From: Octopus bimaculoides
Taxonomy: Eukaryota
Direction of reading: 5' to 3'
NCBI RefSeq assembly: GCF_001194135.2
Contig: NC_068983.1
Coordinates: 18,694,403-18,758,402 of the forward strand
DNA length: 64,000 nt
In this document: positions 53,295 to 64,000 of the stretch, in pieces
How the letters are laid out: each line of letters opens with the position of its first letter
How positions within the stretch are numbered: the first letter of the stretch is position 1
Translations under genes and position numbers: made by a program
Notes under the pieces: generated by a model
Database searches by the model: none
Told to the model about the DNA's origin: nothing
What the model saw: the letters and a program-made list of their open reading frames with translations, nothing else

Positions 53295-53865
53295 TAAAAT
53301 GATCACATTTCACTCCTCTGGAACTTCACCATTCAAACTGACAGAACGATAGATGCAAATAGGCCATATATCATATTGAAATATTTCAGACAAAAATCAT
53401 GCCTCCCTATTGATATGACTGTCCCAATCGATATAAACGTATCTGTCAAGACCTACCAAAAACTGAGCAAGATCTTTAAATAGAAATTAGCAAAATGGGG
53501 AGCCTGAAGACTAAAACAATATCTGTTGTCATAGGTGCCCTGGGAATGATAGCAACAGACGCTGATTGCTACCTAGCTCAGCTACCAGGAAACTGCAAAT
53601 GGCAGAAATCCAAAAGATAGTGCTCATGGAAACTGCCCATATCCTACGCAAAATACTTTCTATGTGATCTCAAATTTTAAAACAAACACATAATTTTCTT
53701 ATGGTTTCTTAAAGATTCTCTAGAACAACACTATGTACAAAAACAAACGTATGGCACCGTAAGCATAACACCAAGATGAACTTCTAACTTGTCTCTTGAG
53801 TTCTCTGGGTGAGACTTGGAACCAGCTTGTACAAATGCAAAGCAAAAGTCAAATACAAATAACAA
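53295..53865 (+). mobile_element. R4/Dong-type 3' fragment, different subfamily (RLE domain + 3' UTR), followed by (TAA)n
   Basis: HISLLWNFTIQTDRTIDANRPYIILK..IDMTVPID..KTYQKLSK..VVIGALGMI..MAEIQKIVLMETAHILRKILSM*; (AAT)n at 53870-53980. Confidence 0.85.
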
Positions 53866-53870
53866 TAACG

Positions 53871-53949
<79 letters not shown>

Positions 53950-53951
53950 TA

Positions 53952-53982
<31 letters not shown>

Positions 53983-54983
53983 AATACCGCGTTAGTCGGA
54001 ATATTATTATCCAAATAAGTTCCAGTTAGTAATAGACACTAGCTGAAATAGAAATGTTTACATACACACACACACACACATGTTTATATGCATACATTCA
54101 TACACACACTCACACATACACACACACACACANNNNNNNNNNNNNNNNNNNNNNNNNNNNNNNNNNNNNNNNNNNNNNNNNNNNNNNNNNNNNNNNNNNN
54201 NNNNNNNNNNNNNNNNNNNNNNNNNNNNNNNNNNNNNNNNNNNNNNNNNNNNNNNNNNNNNNNNNNNNNNNNNNNNNNNNNNNNNNNNNNNNNNNNNNNN
54301 NNNNNNNNNNNNNNNNNNNNNNNNNNNNNNNNNNNNNNNNNNNNNNNNNNNNNNNNNNNNNNNNNNNNNNNNNNNNNNNNNNNNNNNNNNNNNNNNNNNN
54401 NNNNNNNNNNNNNNNNNNNNNNNNNNNNNNNNNNNNNNNNNNNNNNNNNNNNNNNNNNNNNNNNNNNNNNNNNNNNNNNNNNNNNNNNNNNNNNNNNNNN
54501 NNNNNNNNNNNNNNNNNNNNNNNNNNNNNNNNNNNNNNNNNNNNNNNNNNNNNNNNNNNNNNNNNNNNNNNNNNNNNNNNNNNNNNNNNNNNNNNNNNNN
54601 NNNNNNNNNNNNNNNNNNNNNNNNNNNNNNNNNNNNNNNNNNNNNNNNNNNNNNNNNNNNNNNNNNNNNNNNNNNNNNNNNNNNNNNNNNNNNNNNNNNN
54701 NNNNNNNNNNNNNNNNNNNNNNNNNNNNNNNNNNNNNNNNNNNNNNNNNNNNNNNNNNNNNNNNNNNNNNNNNNNNNNNNNNNNNNNNNNNNNNNNNNNN
54801 NNNNNNNNNNNNNNNNNNNNNNNNNNNNNNNNNNNNNNNNNNNNNNNNNNNNNNNNNNNNNNNNNNNNNNNNNNNNNNNNNNNNNNNNNNNNNNNNNNNN
54901 NNNNNNNNNNNNNNNNNNNNNNNNNNNNNNNNNNNNNNNNNNNNNNNNNNNNNNNNNNNNNNNNNNNNNNNNNNNNNNNNNNN

Positions 54984-55002
<19 letters not shown>

Positions 55003-55023
<21 letters not shown>

Positions 55024-55378
55024 TCAATACCAGCAGATGACAACGTTTCTCTAAAAGAAATGGAAAAACTTTCAAAATACAAAGACCTGGAAATAGAGAT
55101 AACTCGAATGTGGAATCTAAAAACAGAGACAATTCCTATCATAGTAGGTGCCTTAGGTATAATAAAAAAATATTCAGATAAATACATAACAAAAACACTA
55201 GGACTTACAAATATATATAACATAGAGAAAATTGCACTACTGGGTACTACACACATTCTACGCAAAACACTTTCAATACAGTAAACATAAGAGCACCACA
55301 GCAAACCACAGCGCATACCCAAGGCGCAGAGAGCTGCGCTCGGTAGTGAAGTTAAAGCACGTCATAAAAATAAAACTA

Positions 55379-55382
<4 letters not shown>
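55003..55382 (+). mobile_element. R4/Dong subfamily A short 3' end inserted in (TAA)n
   Basis: SIPADDNVSLKEMEKLSKYKDLEIEITRMWNLKTETIPIIVGALG..EKIALLGTTHILRKTLSIQ*; the 3' UTR is nearly identical to 53165-53264; (AAT)n at 54984-55020 and 55382-55460. Confidence 0.9.
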
Positions 55383-55460
<78 letters not shown>

Positions 55461-56024
55461 GTGGTGATGATGATCATGATGATGTTTAAGACATTTCTGC
55501 AAGAAGAAGACAAATAAATTAACTAAATTCATGTTATTGGCAGGGAAACGTAATACGATTTTGTGGAAACCTCGATGCTAACGAGGAGCAAACTGATTGG
55601 TGCGTCTTGCTGTAACTAATTTCGTGTGCAGCCGCTTGAAGATCTCAGTAAACATACAATAATTTTTGAAATATAAAGCTTATGTACTATACACAATAGC
55701 ATTAGATAAATTTGAAGTTGCACTAACAAATTTATAATTCATGCGAAACACTGTATTTACTTCTATATTGTTATATAATAAAGAGAGAGATGTGGTAACA
55801 AAAATTAGTAAGAGAGAGTAGGATTGTGGTATACACTTTCTTTCATGGGTATAAAAACAGTCAGGCATTCACATTATAGTTAGCTGAGCATCAATTAAAA
55901 CGAGTATATTTTTGAAGTTCTCCCAACCTTAGTTTTAACTACATTTTCAATTGATCAGTAAGGGCACAGAAACAGAAATATGGTAAATAATCATACAGAT
56001 ACACGCATACATACGCGGTGCACG

Positions 56025-56038
56025 CACACACACACACA

Positions 56039-56106
<68 letters not shown>
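56025..56106. repeat. (CA)n microsatellite
   Basis: Direct inspection. Confidence 0.95.
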
Positions 56107-56108
<2 letters not shown>

Positions 56109-57099
56109 ATACGTAAGTGGTGCGTGTAGCTTTTTCCCGTTTGTTCCCTTGTGTTGTTGACCTTTCTTTATTGGGTGAACTTTAATATTTATTGCCCGAT
56201 ATGATATTTGAAGAGGGCTATTTAAAATGAAATATATTAATAATACAATAGCCGGCGGGCATATTGTATTAGACATTCACAATGAAATAAAACAATGATA
56301 TAATTGCCGATATGGAGAATAGAAACGCGTCCTGTCCCTAGAAATTCAACAATGGGACATCGTGTGAATGTTCAGAATCGGTTTGTGCGAGAGCCTGAAA
56401 TCGCCAAAGACCGAAGCTGTTTACTCTAATACCGGAGTTGAGAATTGTGAATCAGTCTAACGTTCCCAACATTCTGCGATGAGTTAGACGGCAGACGCTT
56501 TTTTTATAATGTGAGAAGAGGTAAAATTTCAGAACAATCGAGAAACCATTTCATGCTATTGCTTCCCGCTGATTGATATATAGATCAATCACACGAATCA
56601 GTGATGAATCACTCGTGATGGTTAATTGAGTACCTAGCAGGTAGGTTTCGAAACACTACGCATATGTGTATATCTATCTACGTAAACGAATAGCTATTTG
56701 TATGAATGTACATAAAAATATACAGAATGATAGAAATAGTGAGCAAAACAAAAAGGATATTGTATAGGAATCCACTAGTTATAATTAACGATATTTCATA
56801 TCTAGCATACTTCCTTCAAGTTTTGGTCATCCGTAGTTTAATATACATTTTTTTCATATTTCTGAACAGTGAACGAAAGGCATTTTGAATAGAAACCAAT
56901 GAATATTTCTCACACAATCATTTCATACGTAAATTGCTAGCGATATTAACTTATCAATTCTTCTTTTCTGCTGAAGTGAATTCAACCTGATTTCATTAAT
57001 CTATCACAAATGGATTCAGCTTTTAATTGAAGTTACGTATTTCACATTTGCAAAGATTATATTAAAACTGGTTCTCTTGCACTTAGTGATCGACTATTG

Positions 57100-58080
57100 A
57101 AAGTGATATTACACCTGCTCTTGTCTTTGTCTTCTTTATGTGATGTGACATTGTCAAAGCGTATGACAAAGTTAATTCGCTAATCTACAACTTCAACAGC
57201 GTTGTTCGGCCAGTTACCAGCTATGAACTATTTTAACCAAGAAGCAGCATATTTTCTCATTAGGAACATGTATGCAGCTGGTGGCTGCGACATATCTAAA
57301 ATGACAACTTGTTTCACAGAGCTATCGAATATGTATGTCACTGATAAGGATTGTGTAAAGTAGCTCAATCTCTGCTTTTGGTTTAACGTTGGGTCAACAT
57401 TTGTATTTTCTGCCTTTCCTTTACGGCTTACCATTACATCCTACCTTTTCTGTGTCTGTAGTTGATCATTCGCACTTCACATTTGATTTGCAGATTGCAT
57501 GGAGATTAAATGCATTTCCTGATGCAAACATTCCTATGAGGATATTCTGTTTCATTATGCCAGTCTCTCTGGGAAGGTACAGTCACATTGTCTTATTTTA
57601 GAAAAAGACCACCTGCAAGTAGGGCGAAATGTTCGTCTCAACAGAGTACATTCGATACTTTCCTATCAGCTCTTGCAGGGCACCACATCATGTTCAATTA
57701 CTATCTCTAGCAGCTATCTCAAAAGCATGTTCATTTTTCTCCATTAGGGTTTCATACAGAGATCGAAGCAATGATTGATGAAACTCCTACTCCTTCACGT
57801 ATAACCATGCTATTCTAGAGGAAAATGTCTTTGAAATAGACATAACTACAATATGGTTTTAAATTCGGAATCATTTCGCTTTTTGATGTGCAAAAACGTC
57901 CTTTATCTACGGTCTTGCATATACACAACTCAGCATTTCACTTCATAAAAACAAAGCCGTAGGGCATTTTCGTATCTGAAATACACATATTTCCATTTAA
58001 TTTATGCAAAAGCGTCTTTTCACGAATCTACATTCTATATTCAAACTTCTCTCTAAAATATCAGTGTCGACGACTGCTAC
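57100..58080 (-). mobile_element. Possible heavily decayed PIF1-like (Helitron-type) helicase relic
   Basis: Weak motif remnants in the expected order on the minus strand: HIKKRNDSEFKTIL*LCLFQRHFP (~57890-57820), LLR*LLEIV (~57720), MLT/LNQKQRL (~57400-57366), LTLSYALTMS..RAGV (57175-57115). Each match is marginal. Confidence 0.3.
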
Positions 58081-58259
58081 ACAGTTCTTTCACTGTTTTA
58101 AGAATTTCTTCAACATATATCAAGTTTTCAATTATCTCTCATCCTATACATAAAGCATGATTTACATTTCAATATCTATGAAACATCGATAATGTATACT
58201 TCGATATTAAAATTCTCGCTCGCAATTAAGCTCTTCCACCAAAAACATTAGTAAGTTTC

Positions 58260-58665
58260 AAGGCGGTGAGCTGGCAGAAAGGTTAACATGCCGGACGAAA
58301 TGTTTAGCGGTATTTCGTCTGCCGCTACGTTCTGAGTTCAAATTCCGCCAAGGTCGACTTAAATAAGTACCAGTTACGCACTGGGGCCGATGTAATCGAC
58401 TTAATCCCTTTGTCTGTCCTTGTTTGTCCTCTCTGTGTGTAGCCCCTTGTGGGCAATAAAGAAATAAGAAACGCTAACACGCCGGGCGAAATACTTAGCG
58501 GTATTTCGTCTAGCTTTATGTTCCGAGTTCAAATTCCGCCAAGAACGATTTTGCTTTTCATCCTTTAGGCGTCCATAAAATAAGTACCAGTTTCGTAGTG
58601 GCGTCGATTTAATCGACTGCTATCCTCAAAAATTTCGGACCTTGTGCCTAGAGTAGAAAAGAACA
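58260..58665 (+). mobile_element. Head-to-tail SINE pair (58260-58468 young, 58469-58665 older and lacking its first ~15 nt)
   Basis: aggcggtgagctggcagaaagg..ctgagttcaaattccgcc..tgtgggcaataaagaaataag, directly followed by aaacgctaacacgccgggcgaaat..gagttcaaattccgcc..ccttgtgcctagagtagaaaag. Confidence 0.85.
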
Positions 58666-59624
58666 TTACTAAGCTTTTCTCTAACCTTTATAAGCACATG
58701 CATATTTACAATGCCTTTGAATATCTTTCATGTCCACATTCACATTTTAATAAACCATTGTTAGGGATCTTTAAGAAATGCTAGTCAATGGCTAAGTAGT
58801 CGAATTACGGTCGTATTGCAAAATAAAGACGAGCAAAAATTTGCAGTTATAGACCAATCCAATAACATATTTTTTTCTAATTTAGGCACCCATAACAAAG
58901 GTAGGTAATCCCTGTTCGTTGTGCAATAACATGAGTCAGACCAATTCCATCAAGAATTATAACAGAAATTTTATGATTTACATAGGAGGGACCTGTAAAG
59001 ATTCCCATCTGGAATGCACCAAACACAAGATGACTTATGTTGGTTGCACATAAGTTTGATTACAAAAAGGATTTAACGGACATAGGTACGACGTTAGCAA
59101 CGATAATAATGGTTCCACGGAACTTGCATTTCACATGGAACGGATGTAAATTTGAGGAAGACCTGAAGGTGCACATTCTAAAAGAATACCCTCACTCCAC
59201 TGCACTTTCAGTCCTCAAGACCCATGAGGTTAGATATATTTGCGAACTGTTCACATCTCAGCCTGGAGGGATTAATAAAATGGCAGGTGAATTCCACTAT
59301 ATTTGTACTAAATTTTGGACTGAATAATTTTTCCCAATTCTTTTCTTTTAGTTTTTTTCTCTCTCTTTCATTCTTTCTGCTACCTTTTGTTAAAGACCGA
59401 AGACTGATGACGTCGTTTTACTTCAAAAGAAACGCAGTTATTCCGGTTTAATTTTGAATGCTTCAGCGTTTCCTATCTTTGAATTTAATTTCACTCTATA
59501 TTTTGAACTTGTAAAAGACACACGAAGTGTCAAAATATTGTTCATTCGTTTCATTTTCATTTTAATAAACAGAGTCAATCTCTATCTATTACCAATAACA
59601 GTCGCGCTCTACTTCTTCTTCTTT

Positions 59625-59663
<39 letters not shown>

Positions 59664-62600
59664 TGGACGTGCTACACCGGACTTCCCATTCAAAAACAAA
59701 TCTAATCTAATAACATCGGTGGAAGACTTGAAGCAAGCGGCCTTTTAACGAAAATAATAATAAAAAATAACACGAATTTTACTGCCATTCAAAGCATAGT
59801 TTCTCCCGTAGACGATGTCTCAGTGAAACATGTGAGAAAGACACATGTGAAATCAACATCGGGAAGTTTACAGAGTATAAAATATAAGTGGAACACATCA
59901 GTAAGTACACAAATTGATTAATTGCGCTTACTCTCGAACGTCTACACCCTCCAAGCACTCCACCTGCTCAAAAAAACACACCACATAGTCGCTTTCTCGA
60001 ACGTCTACACAATCATAAGTACATCTTCATACCCGCAGGACTTCGCAATGTTTACAAAGCTATCTGAATGCTTACACATCTACGTGAAATTTACGTGACA
60101 CACATATAGGCATCTGAAAGCACACGTCACAAACGAAGCAAAAAAAAAAGAACAAAAAAACACAAAGAAACAATTTTGTTCTAACTAATACAGAGTGAAC
60201 AATTCATAAATTTAAAAACACCACATAAAAGATAAAAATGTCCGGAGATATACCTACTAACAAAGAAATACAGGTGCATACAGATCTATTAGCGTTAAAA
60301 TGCTATGTTACGAGCAATTTTTTTTGTCAGAGAACTCGGAGGCGGTGTTATCTCAAAATATTAACCCTAAACAGACAGATCCGTCTCCAAATTTCAACGT
60401 CCAGGCTAGGCATGCCTCAGTGATAAAGCAAATTGGCCGTTACCCGTATAAACAAAGGCTGCATATCCCTGTGAGGAAATGTATTACATTTCATACATCC
60501 GCTCGTTGTTGTGGATGTTGGGATCAGTTCCTTGGAAATAGAAAAATAAAATATTAGCCAAAAATAAACATGAATGTTATTTTCCCTCAGTCCCTGTATG
60601 TAGATACGGCAAACGTTTGACGTTTTCTGTACAATTGCGCTTCTTGCAAGTACTCTATTTCATGCAAATCCTTCGTTTTGAAGAGAGACTCGTAGAAACA
60701 CACCTATGTCGTTACCATACAACAATGATGATTGCATCCGCAATAACAATAAGATCAATAATAGCAATAATTACAGCTGTGCACATACTGTGTTCACCTA
60801 GGGGTTAGTTTGAAATACGGTGGAATAAGCAAAAACCAATAATAAATAGTTATTATTTCAATTTCTTTTACAATGTAAGTTATATGTTCATAGGTTAAAC
60901 TACACCAAGGTAAAATGAGCTCAGCTAGGGAAAAAAATGTGTTTCGATGTTTCGATATCTAATTCCGTTGTCAATGACAGCGCATAATAGTTATCAATGA
61001 CTGCATACAGTGCACATTCGTTTACTATTTTCGGAATGCTAACATCATATTGTGAATAGATTACGACGTCTTCAGGCGTCTAATATTAGGTATTGTAATT
61101 TAGAAATCTTATATGTTTATTCATTCTTCACTTCCTTGCTTTAATTGACTATATTTTGAATGGAGCTGAACCTAATACCAATTCAAATTCACTTTCCTTG
61201 ATATAAAAATATATGAATTCCATAAATGAATAAATATATAATAACATAATGAATTGGAGTAAAAGAAAATAATGTAGAATTTATTCAATCAATATATTTT
61301 ATTTCCTTTTTAAACATTAGAGATAGTTTTTATTGAGAACTACGATATTGAATTTAAAACAAGCTTAATTTTCTTTTTTTCTCTCTCTCGTATTTAATTG
61401 AAATATTATAATACATCATCGCAACAATGTATTCTAATATCCATTGTTGTTATCTAAATTCAAAAATGTGCTATAAAAAAATATTCAATTCAGCAGATAT
61501 AATAACGAACAAAATAGTTCCTTTATTCTTTAGAAAAGCTATTATTTTGTGAGATTAACTCTGTGATTAAAGACAATATTCCGTTTTATGAGGAAATGCA
61601 AAATATGTACAATGGCTTGCCATATTAGATATCTTATAAACAACTAAGAAAAGTATATATATACATATATATTAACCGTTCCCGCAAAGCGTTCGGGTAC
61701 AATAACATTTGGATATGATGCAGCTCTGTTTGAAGTGGCAGCCTGTAAAGTAATTTTTCTTCAGAAGAATGAATTTTACTACCGAAAATCTTTAGGTTAA
61801 TATTCTTATCTAAGCCATAACTAATACAAAATTGAATGTTTGTATATAATTAGACTTCCGTCATTCAACTCAATGGAAGAAAACGTGTTCTCACCTGTTA
61901 TATATTTCCAAATTTTTATCACGGTTACGCATGTTTTAAATGATTAGGATGCTATCAACTTTGGTGTCTGAGTATTTGTATAGTAAGTTAATGAGTGCTG
62001 CTAACTCTTTGGCGTGATGGTACCAGTTTTGCTCACTGCGCACTCACTACTTCTAACTTCTTTTTGTTGAAGCTTCTTCTGTTGTTCATTGTATATTCAA
62101 CGTAATATAGCGAACCTACTTTTTTAAAACATAAAGATAGTACTTTAACGTAATTTATTGTTTTCATTTAACTTCGTTTAAAATATGTTAGTCTATTACA
62201 AATAAGACAACAATAACATTGAAGTGCTTATATTTACTTCTACAATCAACTTTTCTCTCAATACTGAATACACTCTAAACATTTTTACCACTAATAATGT
62301 AAATATAAATTGATCCTTTTCTTCTTTCAAATTTATAATATATCCTTTGATTCAATGTATGGTTACATGATTTATCTAAATATATTATCATGTGTATTTC
62401 AACCAAGAGAGCAGATGCCTAAAGATACTGTATAAACTGAATGATAAATATATAATGCATATTTTAATATTTATTACTATGTCCAAATCACCTATATATA
62501 AATGTATTCAACACAATGTTGTTCGAGATTGATAAATGTATATTAATATTACATGGTAAATGATTCCAGTATCCATTTCGGAAACTAACTTCTACCATAG

Positions 62601-63763
62601 ACATATATGTTGATGAAATTAATAGTATGACAGATAGTAATACCTTGATTTGTGACAATTCTCAACTTCAGCAACAGTATAGAATTTCTCAGCATAAACT
62701 TGTGCCAGTAGCAGTCAAATGTGCTTGCATACATGCACACAACCGCGCGCACGTCACACACAAATACACACACACACATATGCGTTTATAGCGATGGAAA
62801 GTTGATTATTTCAAATTAGCAACATGTACATCACATTTAGAGCAGATATGTGTTGAAAGATTTCTACCCTGAGCATTCGCCTTATTACTGCATGTGTTAT
62901 GGACGTACAATTTTTTAAAACACAGAAATATAATGGCTGTTTGCGAAAATTGTCCACTAGCAGCTGTAGTTTTTGTTAAATATGTATTTCTGCTGTTCTG
63001 CTTCTTTGACATTCGCAGTCGCAAGTATCCACTGGTACTGCGTAATAAGCGAGAGTCCACTGCTACTGTAACAAATAAATATAAGCACGTTTGTGAGAGA
63101 ATGTAAACCTCACGGAAAGGTTTCTATCGACGTTCTCGTTGTGGTCTTTAAGTTAGAATCGCTTTTTAAGGAAAAAGTTTCAGTTTCATCCGGTTCTACA
63201 AAGCTTATTTATAATACAATTTGTCGGATTATTCTGATCATTCATATTCTCTGATATTGTATGGTTGGTTTCCGCAATTCTTCTAATCAATAAAATACAT
63301 GTTTCAAATCATATTGGATTCTACATGCTGTTTTTGATTGTTGACAATATTAATAATAATCTTCCGTGGAATTCTAAAATTAACTTTTTTAAAATTCAGC
63401 ATTTTTAATCATATTCACGTGGTCTTCATAAACAGCATGAAATTTTGGTGTAGCGAATTTCAATGCGAGTTAAATAGAAATTTCCTTTCAAATATTACTT
63501 TTTTCTTATTTGATCTATCTTTGTTTCTTATGAAGAAATCATACAGTCTTATTCCTGAAATAAAAGAATTTGAGTATGTGATTATTGTACTAGATATGGT
63601 GTACGGCGCCTATAATTTTCTTCTAATTTGAGGTTCCGAATTATTTCTTCTCCATATCTTGTGGTTAAAATTAAGTTACGATTTCATTTCCAGGATAAAT
63701 AAACGTATTGAATAATTGTTATTTCGAATGAAGCATAATAAATTATACCAATTCTTAGAACTC

Positions 63764-63801
<38 letters not shown>

Positions 63802-63918
63802 NNNNNNNNNNNNNNNNNNNNNNNNNNNNNNNNNNNNNNNNNNNNNNNNNNNNNNNNNNNNNNNNNNNNNNNNNNNNNNNNNNNNNNNNNNNNNNNNNNN
63901 NNNNNNNNNNNNNNNNNN

Positions 63919-63985
<67 letters not shown>

Positions 63986-64000
63986 TATAGGGATATTAGC

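Noticed and set aside
57147-57175. RT-like motif DIVKAYDKV on the plus strand (TERT/RTE motif A-like)
   Set aside because: It is preceded by an in-frame stop, there is no convincing QG or YxDD motif at the right spacing, and the opposite strand fits a helicase remnant at least as well.
59037-59327. 96-aa ORF and similar 60-100-aa ORFs in unique sequence (e.g. 38440, 40255, 60300, 62806)
   Set aside because: No recognisable domain, often non-ATG starts, and lengths within chance range; the 40255 ORF is an off-frame overlap of the Helitron.
59404-59440. CTGATGA...GAAAC hammerhead-like core
   Set aside because: No credible stem I or G-C-closed stem II.

Overview
This is an AT-rich, microsatellite-dense eukaryotic draft-assembly window with about 4.9 kb of N in 12 gaps. 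The SINE families look, from recall, like cephalopod (Octopus-type) repeats, but I cannot verify the species. I could not identify any intact host protein-coding gene, RNA gene or CRISPR array; nearly all ORF-track entries are microsatellite, N-gap or transposon artefacts. The window is mostly decayed mobile DNA: (i) many fragments of R4/Dong-type RT + restriction-like-endonuclease LINEs, several sitting in (TAA)n tracts; (ii) two head-to-head Tx1/L1-type 3' fragments sitting in (TATC)n, which share three 3'-UTR hairpins; (iii) a ~1.9 kb decayed Helitron Rep-helicase that the ORF track misses, plus a possible second helicase relic; (iv) an RTE 3' end with three C2H2 fingers; (v) about a dozen tRNA-derived SINEs. 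The most notable signals are minimal type I hammerhead-ribozyme folds, one in the tail of a tRNA-headed SINE (4284-4329) and two in a Penelope-like tandem repeat (290-483). Also notable are the apparent (TATC)n targeting of the Tx1-like element, a 185-nt multi-hairpin foldback (23137-23321) and a duplicated acceptor/exon-like unit (6.24-6.86 kb). Family assignments come from manual translation and motif recall, not database searches.
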